Below, piece by piece: positions 1-8,426 of a stretch of 14,787 bases of DNA. Made by a program: the position numbers and the translations under genes. Source of the DNA: Paraphysomonas bandaiensis (Eukaryota > Protista > Chrysophyceae); contig CBFFRP010000622.1 of assembly GCA_965644295.1 (NCBI GenBank), forward strand, positions 1 through 14,787, read 5' to 3'. Numbering within the stretch: position 1 is the stretch's first letter; every line of letters starts with the position of its first letter. The notes under the pieces are model-generated. The model had not been told where the DNA came from and ran no database searches. It worked only from the letters and a program-made list of their open reading frames with translations.

Positions 1-208
1 CTTGGTGCTAGTGATCTTGGGTGCCAGCGGTATACCATTGCGCGGTGACTCTTCGCGGGAGTCACTAACTGAGTTTAGGTCTAAACTTGGAAAAAAGTGT
101 TTTAATAATAATACCGTTATTACTGTGCTTGTTGGTTCAGTGTAGGTGTTGTTGTAGTTTTATTGTTTACGAGCCAACACCCTGGTTATCAAACCGGGTG
201 TTGTTATA
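1..208. mobile_element. End of a probable nested insertion (possibly the U5 end of another LTR) that disrupts the Gypsy integrase
   Basis: Integrase-like sequence is lost abruptly at about 203-211. The segment is GT-rich and non-coding-looking with several hairpins, one ending at the junction (175-203). Identity is not established. Confidence 0.45.
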
Positions 209-3200
209 ACGTATAACATGCTGACGCATGTTCTTCCAATTATTGTTGCTCCTTCGCAACTTTCCCATTGTACGTTCCACCCCATGGTGGCCTACTACAC
301 TATTATGACAAGCCTTAATTGCCTTCCAGAAGTGATTAGGGATGCGCTGATCCTCAGTATGCGACTCTTCCTCCAGGCACCGCTCGAGAGAAGAACACAG
401 ATTGTCATCGACCTCGTCGGATGCGTCCACCCCACAAACTCGACTAAGAGCATCAGCCACCACATTCATCTCCCCTGGAAGGTGTTCGAACACGATATCA
501 AACGACTGAAAACACATAAACCAGCGCTGCACTCGTTTTATGTGGCCATACTCCTGCTTGAGTTGACGTAAATTATCGTGATCGGTTCGAACTGTAAAAC
601 GTCGATCCCTCAACAAGTATTCCCACTTATTTAATGCATAAAAGATGGCAAAACCTTCCTGCTCGCAGGTGTGCCACTTAGCTAACGTTGAGTCGAACGC
701 CTTACTAATCATCCCAATTGTGCGCTCGTGACCCTCCACGACTTGCACCAAGTGTGCCCCTATACCAATTATTGACGCGTCAGTATATAGGAAGATGGGG
801 GAAACATCATCCATAAAAAATAACAAGGGACACTCATGAATGCGCTCCCTTAGCACATCAAAGGCAACACTGGACTCCTCTGTCCAGTGCAACACCTTAC
901 GTCGAGCCTGCGACTTAGTATAATTCCCCAACATTGCATGCAATGGTTTCGCAATCAGTGCATATTCGCGTACGCAATCTCTTACAAAATTTGCTACACC
1001 CATGAACTGTTTCAACTGTTTCTGGGTATTAGGACGCGGGATAGCCAATATACTATCAATCCGCTCTCTAGTAAAGGTATGACCAAACTCATTGATCTTA
1101 TGACCCACAGCCTCTACCTCCGAGACCCCAAAGACACACTTCTTAGGGTTAACTGTAAGGCCAAACCTCTTAAATCTCTCTAAAACTGCTGATAAATTCT
1201 CAATCAGCTCCTCTTCCGAGCTAGCAAATATAATACAATCATCGAGGTATATCTCACAAATCTTATATACTAAACCCGCTAGTACAACACTTTGCATTTG
1301 CCGCTGGAAGTAGGATGGGGCACCTTTCAAACCCATGGGGAGCCGGAGCCACTCGTACACCCCGTTTTGAGTAATAAAGGCGACCCAGGCACGGGACTTC
1401 TCGCCCACTGGCGCCTGATGATACCCAGACGTGAGATCCATCACTACAAAGAACTTAGGACGTTTCTCACCAATCCGATAAATCATATCCCTAATGTTCG
1501 GAATTGGCCAGCTTTCAGAGGTAGTAACCTTGTTGAGATTCTTATAATCCAACACCAATCGCCACTTATTATACGGCTTAGGTACTACAAAAGGATGACT
1601 ATAATGTGTGGCCGAGCTAGGTTGTATCGCTCCCAACCGCTCTAACTTTTCCACTAAACGCAGGAGTTCCCTCTGTCGACTCCTATCCAACCTCCTAGGA
1701 GGCAATTTATTTGCCGGTATAAACCACGTTTCCTCCGGGTTCCGGACCTCGAGCTCAAACGGTTCTAACTTCGCGGGTTTTCCCTTCCGAATTTCTAATC
1801 GAAAGATGTCCTTATACTTCACCAGGACCCCACGAATCTTTTCTTGTAAGTCCGGTGACCCATAAACCTTTTCCGGAATCGTAGGAGACTCACCCTCCGA
1901 GTCCAGATAATCAGAGTCAATGGATTCCAACTGATCGTTGCGAATTTCTTTCATATCCTCTCGGTCCCATGCCGACCTTTTTGAGAAATTTGAAAGATCT
2001 TCTCCCAGCGAAAGCAGCTGTTCCTCCGCTGGGTACGACCAATCCTCCCCTTTGTCACTGATTCCTACTTCCAGAGGGGCCAACTTCCCTCGAACCTCAA
2101 GATTATAATTTTTACGCAATGGAAGACGAACGCTGGCTCGTTCCCCCCCACAAGGGTAAGACGCGTGCACGCCAAGGCTCGGAGACACTGCTCCCCCGGA
2201 CTGATCATCTCTCTCTCTCGCAAGAGGGAATGCACTGTCTCCCACTACGTCGGCTACCCTTCGAGCCTTATCTGAGCTCATGAAAGCCCTAGGGCACTGC
2301 ACTACTAAATCTAAATTACGTACAGTATGTACCCCTAAAATCAATTCAAAATTTAGATCTAACTCCCATGCATCTATGCGAGCTTGCAACACTGGAGGTT
2401 CCTTTACCTCCGTAAAGATCTCTACATTGAGGGACACACCCCTCTCACACAAAGCACTTGCTGATTTAAAACCCCCAGCAATCTTCTTACTTACGGGAAT
2501 AGGAATAGAACCACTATCTACTAACCATTCAGCTACATCCTTACTAATAAAGTTAGCCGACGCACCCGTATCCAGTAGAGCTTTACATGTCCTTTTCCTT
2601 CCCTGTTCATTGCATACAACAACCGTTATGAATGGCAATGAAGAAAAAGACTTAAGGGCCATAATAGCCATAACATCAGAATACACATCATGGGACTCAC
2701 CCTTGGAGCCCTTTCCATATGAACCGCTTTGCCTTAAGACCCATCCCTCTCTAGGCAAAGTATGTTGGCCCCTCTTGGCCAAAATATCCTTAGCTACTGC
2801 ACACTCTCTCCACTTTACGTTTGGATCCAAGTTCGCCCCCGCAGCTTGCTTAAGTGGACACTCCGCACTCTTGTGCCACTCCCTTGGGCGACCCCACACA
2901 TTGCATCGATCTGAATCTGGCACTTTCGACACATCCGTTTGAGAGCTACTCTTTGCTCTCTTTGGCGCTTTTCCAGCACTAGTCGAACCCCCTTGCGAAC
3001 TCCTCGCAGGTGAATGCGTGCGCTTTCTCTCCCGTTGATCGGCCCCCTTCCGATCCCGTTGGTCAGCCTCGGATCGTCCTCCCATCGATCCTCGGGGCCA
3101 CTGCCTTGCCACAAATAAGTCAAAAGGCCCCACAGCCTCCCAGCCATCCCTAATAGCTGTAACGGCTTTGTGCAAGGCCGTCAAATAACCCAACAAATTT

Positions 3201-4600
3201 CGCTTGTCCTCTGACAAACTCTCAAAAATGGGCTGAACCTTCTCAGTCAGAAATCTGTTCCTCCGAGCCTGATCATGGAAAGGAAGATCAATACGGAGGG
3301 AACGTTTGAAATCCTCAATCCAAACCTTGTTCTCCTCCCATGTGCCGGATCCTTCCTCCTTTTCCAATTTCAACTTGAGGTCCGCACCCCAGTCCATAAC
3401 ATCCTTGACATTCCGGAAGGTGCGAACCTCGCGAGCCCACTCGCGAATATGTTGAAAAGGTTCCACAACCTCCACATGCCCCTGATCCTTCACCATCTTA
3501 CGAAGGAACGCATAGAAATCTTCCGACGGTAACACCTTCGGATCCTTCCAGTCGTCAACTTTCCCGTTAACGTCTCCCCTCATAAAGTCTATCTTAGCCG
3601 CCATTTTGGCCGAGATTAACGATCGGTCTACCTCTCTCCCACCACTCTTGTGAAAGTAAAGGCGACACTTCTCAATATAATCCTCCACCGCGTCATAAGT
3701 CAACGCGACTAATGGAGGAACGTCATTAGACGTAACCAGGAGGGTACTACTGGACGAGCTAGCTTCCTCTGCCCTCCCTATACTGCTTTGCCGCGGTATG
3801 GCAGGTGCTCCCCCGGACCTGTCCCCTCCCGTCGAACGCTGACCCTCCAACGACGACCTCAACTGCTGCACCTCTTGCCGCAGACTTTCCAATTCTAGCT
3901 CAGAGGCTCTCAACCTTCTGGAGCTCTCTTCGCGACGAGATCTTTTCGATCTTCTACCCGAGGATCTACTACTTCGATCCCTCGATCTCCCCTTTCTCGA
4001 TCTCCCACTCCGCTCATGATAATCCTCTCTCCTTGAGGAAGAGCGCCTGCGGGACCTTCCCCGCTCTTCATATTCCTCCCCCCCGGAGTCGGAATAACTG
4101 CGAGATCTCTCCCTCGATCTCTCTGACCTATCAGATTCCTCGGAGGAACTCCTCTCCTCCCCCCCTTTGGGAGACTCTCTGCTCCTTCTAGAGGCCTCCC
4201 ATTCCTTATTTTTTCTAATTTTCTCTCTAATCTCCCTCCTTCGGGCGATCTTTACCCCCTTCTCCTCACTCTGCGGGTCAACCCTTTCCCGCTCAGAACT
4301 AGAGTTTGGAGGAAGTGACAAACCCTCTTCATCGACTGTCGCTTCTCCCAGCGCAGCCCAAGTCTCCACTTCCCATCCAGACTCCCCCTCTGGATTCCCT
4401 TGATTTCCTTCATTCACTACCTCCACATTCGGAGTAGTTAATGACTCTTCCTCCGCAACCCTCTGCGTTGGAAGCTCCGAACTAGAGACTACTGCCTCTT
4501 CCTCCTCCTCCCTCGAGGTGGAAGCCATGGGTTCCTCTTGAACCCGTTCCTCTATCTTCTCTTCCTCACTTCTCTTAGCACTTCTCGTGCGTCTAGTCAT
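167..4600 (-). CDS. Gypsy Gag-Pol polyprotein (1477 aa as read; C-terminally truncated, last ~12 aa probably read from foreign sequence)
   Basis: E/R/S-rich Gag N-terminus. Degenerate zinc knuckle CNVWGRPREWHKSAEC (2858-2905). Aspartic protease LLDTGASANF (Asp at ~2571). RT motifs WRLVLDYKNLN, DLTSGYHQ, LPMGLKGAP, YLDD (1238-1249). RNase H motifs YTDAS, EQEGFAI, TDH, NVVADALSR. Integrase HH half CHNSVVGHHG...WKNMRQHVIR is present, but the CxxC and DDE core are not. Confidence 0.93.
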   Translation of the reverse strand: MTRRTRSAKRSEEEKIEERVQEEPMASTSREEEEEAVVSSSELPTQRVAEEESLTTPNVEVVNEGNQGNPEGESGWEVETWAALGEATVDEEGLSLPPNSSSERERVDPQSEEKGVKIARRREIREKIRKNKEWEASRRSRESPKGGEERSSSEESDRSERSRERSRSYSDSGGEEYEERGRSRRRSSSRREDYHERSGRSRKGRSRDRSSRSSGRRSKRSRREESSRRLRASELELESLRQEVQQLRSSLEGQRSTGGDRSGGAPAIPRQSSIGRAEEASSSSSTLLVTSNDVPPLVALTYDAVEDYIEKCRLYFHKSGGREVDRSLISAKMAAKIDFMRGDVNGKVDDWKDPKVLPSEDFYAFLRKMVKDQGHVEVVEPFQHIREWAREVRTFRNVKDVMDWGADLKLKLEKEEGSGTWEENKVWIEDFKRSLRIDLPFHDQARRNRFLTEKVQPIFESLSEDKRNLLGYLTALHKAVTAIRDGWEAVGPFDLFVARQWPRGSMGGRSEADQRDRKGADQRERKRTHSPARSSQGGSTSAGKAPKRAKSSSQTDVSKVPDSDRCNVWGRPREWHKSAECPLKQAAGANLDPNVKWRECAVAKDILAKRGQHTLPREGWVLRQSGSYGKGSKGESHDVYSDVMAIMALKSFSSLPFITVVVCNEQGRKRTCKALLDTGASANFISKDVAEWLVDSGSIPIPVSKKIAGGFKSASALCERGVSLNVEIFTEVKEPPVLQARIDAWELDLNFELILGVHTVRNLDLVVQCPRAFMSSDKARRVADVVGDSAFPLARERDDQSGGAVSPSLGVHASYPCGGERASVRLPLRKNYNLEVRGKLAPLEVGISDKGEDWSYPAEEQLLSLGEDLSNFSKRSAWDREDMKEIRNDQLESIDSDYLDSEGESPTIPEKVYGSPDLQEKIRGVLVKYKDIFRLEIRKGKPAKLEPFELEVRNPEETWFIPANKLPPRRLDRSRQRELLRLVEKLERLGAIQPSSATHYSHPFVVPKPYNKWRLVLDYKNLNKVTTSESWPIPNIRDMIYRIGEKRPKFFVVMDLTSGYHQAPVGEKSRAWVAFITQNGVYEWLRLPMGLKGAPSYFQRQMQSVVLAGLVYKICEIYLDDCIIFASSEEELIENLSAVLERFKRFGLTVNPKKCVFGVSEVEAVGHKINEFGHTFTRERIDSILAIPRPNTQKQLKQFMGVANFVRDCVREYALIAKPLHAMLGNYTKSQARRKVLHWTEESSVAFDVLRERIHECPLLFFMDDVSPIFLYTDASIIGIGAHLVQVVEGHERTIGMISKAFDSTLAKWHTCEQEGFAIFYALNKWEYLLRDRRFTVRTDHDNLRQLKQEYGHIKRVQRWFMCFQSFDIVFEHLPGEMNVVADALSRVCGVDASDEVDDNLCSSLERCLEEESHTEDQRIPNHFWKAIKACHNSVVGHHGVERTMGKLRRSNNNWKNMRQHVIRYNNTRFDNQGVGS

Positions 4601-4813
4601 AATTCGTTCAAATATCGATATTGTGATGGAACTACGCGAGACAACAAGAAAAGCCCTTGACTAGGAATATAAAGATTATTATGCATATAAGAATCATGTA
4701 TGACTAGTCTGGCATGAAACTACAGCCACTAGACTACCGTATCCTGAAGGGAAACCCCACGTTTCCCGAAGGAAAGAAACTCCCAGCCCTAAAACTAGGA
4801 GTTTCATGCCACA
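209..4813 (-). mobile_element. Ty3/Gypsy LTR retrotransposon: 5' LTR plus gag-pol, interrupted within integrase
   Basis: Domain order PR-RT-RNaseH-IN is diagnostic of Ty3/Gypsy. A TG...CA-bounded LTR-like segment lies just upstream of the ATG. Integrase-like sequence stops at about 209. Confidence 0.93.
4622..4813 (-). repeat. Putative 5' LTR of the Gypsy element (~192 bp)
   Basis: The minus strand starts TGTGGCATGAAACT at 4813, exactly where the microsatellite stops. It ends AGTTCCATCACA at 4622, giving an imperfect terminal inverted repeat (TGTG...CACA). Gag ATG follows 21 nt later. The second LTR is not in the window, so the boundaries are inferred. Confidence 0.72.
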
Positions 4814-5293
4814 ATACATACATACATACATACATACATACATACATACATACATACATACATACATACATACATACATACATACATACATACATACATA
4901 CATACATACATACATACATACATACATACATACATACATACATACATACATACATACATACATACATACATACATACATACATACAAACATACATACATA
5001 CATACACACATACATACATACATACATACATACATACATACATACATACATACATACATACATACATACATACATACATACATACATACATACATACATA
5101 CATACATACATACATACATACATACATACATACATACATACATACATACATACATACATACATACATACATACATACATACATACATACATACATACATA
5201 CATACATACATACATACATACATACATACATACATACATACATACATACATACATACATACATACATACATACGTACATACGTACATACGTAC
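4814..5293. repeat. (TACA)n/(TATG)n tetranucleotide microsatellite, ~120 units
   Basis: Near-perfect array with single substitutions at ~4987 and ~5007 and three TACG variants at the right end (5271-5290). Confidence 0.99.
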
Positions 5294-5407
5294 AGCTGTA
5301 TTCTGTGCTCATGTGTTGGTGCAGCAGCTCATCGGGCCGGATCAGAACAATTCCTGCGGGGCTGTCTGTCTGATCATGCTCACTCCTCTCACATGCTAGA
5401 CTACCTT

Positions 5408-8400
5408 ATGCAACGCACCTCCTTCCGCTCCTCTCCCTCTGATAGCCGTATCACTCTCGGCATATGTGCAATGGAAAAGAAGTCTCGTTCTCGGCCAATG
5501 AGAGAGCTGCTGAGTCGTCTTCCTGACAATCTATTCGACACTGTGATCTTCCCCGATGACACGATACTCAATAAACCAGAGGAAGAGTGGCCTGTAGTGG
5601 AGTGCCTCATAGCTTTCGAGTCCAGTGGATTCCCTCTCGATAAGGCTCTCAGATATGCTGATCTTCGTCGACCGTATCTGATTAATGACATACAGCAACA
5701 GTTTCATCTGAGGGACCGCAGACGAGTTTATGAGGTAATACCGTAGAATGCCACACCGTATCCATGCATCCCATGCATCACATAGTGTGTATCATGCCAC
5801 ATCATATCACCAGGAGGCCCCTCTCATCTCATATCCCTTGTATCTTACATCAATCGACTCCAGCAGACGCCTGCTCATCTCTTGTCTCTATACAGATATT
5901 GGTAGCGAATAATATTCCTGTTCCGCGGCATGTGGTGGTGGATCGTGATTCCCCGGATGCGTCTCATACTATTGAGGAGTTTGATGAGTATATTGTTATT
6001 AATGGCCACCATATCAAGAAGCCCTTTGTGGAGAAGCCGGCAGATGCTGATGATCACAATGTAGGTGGACGCATGTACACCCTTTTCTCTTTGACAAGTT
6101 TCGTAGATATACATATATTATCCTAAAAGTGCCGGTGGCGGGAGCAAGAGATTATTTCGCAAGGTACAAGACCGAAGCAGCGAGTTCTACCCAGACGAAA
6201 ATTCTATTCGACGGGAAGGATCGTACATATATGAGGAGTTCCTCAACACACAAGGCACGGACGTCAAGGTTTATACAGTTGGACCTAACTATGGTCACGC
6301 GGAGGCGAGGAAGAGTCCTGTAGTAGATGGCAAGGTCATTCGGGACGCTCAAGGCCTGGAGGTACACTATCCAGTTATGCTTTACGCTCAAGAAAAAGAA
6401 GTGGCGCAGCGAATCACAAAGGCTTTTAAGCAAACAGTATGCGGCTTCGACCTGCTCAGGTAACGACAGTTGGTATCACCAATTTAACTCTCTGAACATT
6501 GCGCATCGCAGGGTCACGGGCAAGTCATATGTGTGCGATGTTAACGGTTGGAGCTTTGTAAAGAATTCCAGGAAATACTACGATGACTGCTCGCGCATTC
6601 TTTCGGAGAAGATCCTGGTCGCTTTGAGGCCACAGCTGTTGACTTTGCCTGGCTTTCAGGTTCAACAGAAGAATTCTCGAGGGAGAATGGATCAGGACGT
6701 TATTCCTTCGAACATATCGAACACTACTGGCGCGACAATAGTGGGTGGCAGCGACACGAAAGAAGAACTTTTATGCGTAGTTTCAGTTATTCGGCACGGT
6801 GATAGGACGCCGAAGCAGAAGATAAAAGTGGAGACATCGGACATGCGGCTCCTCGAATTCTATGAAATGAACTCCAAATCTTCTACAGCTGACGTAAAGC
6901 TGAAGTCACGTGCACTGCTAATTCAGTTCCTAGAGGTCGTTCAGATCATTGTTGCCGAAGGCAAGGTGGAAGGTTTGGAAAGGCTGATCTGTATCCGTGA
7001 TGTTTTAATGGGGGAGGAAATTAGTGGTATCAACAGAAAGCTACAGCTGAAGCCTGTTGCATGGAATGGTGAGAGTCGTGCTACGGTGATTCTAGTTATT
7101 CTCAAGTGGGGTGGAGCTCTTACTCCCATGGGTGAGCAGCAGGCAGAGGATCTGGGCAAGCGGTTCCGTACGCAAGTGTACCCCGAATCCAGTGGAGGCG
7201 GAATTCTAAGATTACACTCCACTTTTAGACACGACCTAAAGATAAAGTCATCTGATGAAGGCAGAGTCATGAAGACAGCAGCAGCGTTTGCAAAGGGTCT
7301 ACTTGAACTTGATGGTGGCCTCACTCCGGTACTGGTGAGTTTAGTGACTGTGCAAGAAAAATGTACGAAGATGTTGGATCACTGTGGCGACAGTGAAATG
7401 AAGATAGAGCTTGATGCTTGCCTTTCCTACCTGAACGAGGTGCTACAGTCCGATACAGAATTCACATCCGAGATCATACACCGTCTAATTCCTGATAATA
7501 GTGAGGCGCTGAGATCAGCACTACTCAAAGTTGGAAATCCGCGACAGACTCTGGCTCGACTTCACGTACTCATAAAGCGTGTATGTGAGGAACTGCGTGA
7601 GCAGTGTCAACGGAATACTGAAGGTGGAAAGAATTATGCGAAGCCTTATCTGGCGGAGACCCACAGCGTTATGTTGGAGAGGTGGAAAAAGTTAGATGCG
7701 GACTTCTTCCGTGATAAGGAAGGTCTTTACTACTTGTCCAAAGTACCAGAACTACATGACATGGTGTATTACGATGCTCTCCACAACCCTAACGTGGGGG
7801 TAACTTGTCTGGACGAATTGTATCAGCTATCCAAGCTATTCTCCGACTGCGTGATCCCTCAAGAGTATGGTGTTTCAGATTCTGATAAGCGCAAGATGGG
7901 TGGTAGGATGTGCAACGCCTTGTTACAAAAAATCCAGTACGACCTCTCTGTCGCCAAGTCGGGATCAGTGGCAGATGTTCATTGCTCTCTTGATCTTAGC
8001 CACGGCGAAGAGATGGACATTCGTACTTTGGAGAGGTCAGTGCGCACCCGACTGTACTTTTCTTCCGAGTCTCATCTCTACTCTCTTTTCCACGTACTCG
8101 CATTTCCTCCACCCGGCACCCCGCCGATATTTTCGCAAGAGAGTTCACAGCTTCTACACCAGACATGGAACTTATCATATCTTTCGCAAGTGACATTTAG
8201 GTTATTCGACGTCAGGGCTAAGAGTGCAGAGGACCCATCAAAGTTTAGATGTGAAATATCATTCTCTCCTGGAGTTGTCGGCGAGCCCAGCTCAAAAGAT
8301 AGTATTGAAGTCGCCCCTAGTATTGTTATCAATGAAACTATCACCTGTGATGATTTAGTGCAGTATTTACAGCAAGTTGTAAATAGAAGTCCAGCACCAC

Positions 8401-8426
8401 TTGCATCTCCGGTACCTCGGTGCTAA
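5408..8426 (+). CDS. VIP1: Inositol hexakisphosphate/diphosphoinositol-pentakisphosphate kinase (PPIP5K/VIP1/Asp1 family), ~919 aa, at least 4 exons
   Basis: Exons 5408-5734, 5896-6060, 6107-6459 and 6512-8426 join in frame via GT-AG introns of 161, 46 and 52 nt. Kinase motifs: [87 protein letters not shown]. Histidine phosphatase-like domain: [32 protein letters not shown]. The start codon is uncertain (5393, 5408 or an upstream exon). Confidence 0.95.

Noticed and set aside
45-210. Possible hammerhead ribozyme or group II intron end in the hairpin-rich segment
   Set aside because: No CUGANGA/GAAA core and no convincing domain V consensus.
218-4403. Many plus-strand and alternate-frame ORFs within the Gypsy ORF
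   Set aside because: Shadow ORFs of gag-pol with no recognisable motifs.
4694-5399. Five long ORFs of MYVC/HTYI repeats
   Set aside because: Artefact: (TACA)n contains no stop codon in any frame.
5393-6511. Separate ORFs at 5393, 5764, 6129 and the N-terminus of 6327, which could suggest a frameshifted pseudogene or several genes
   Set aside because: GT-AG introns join the region into one intact VIP1 reading frame. The 6129 ORF and the first ~62 codons of 6327 are off-frame or intronic.
6941-8344. Antisense and off-frame ORFs inside VIP1 exon 4
   Set aside because: Shadows of the real CDS.
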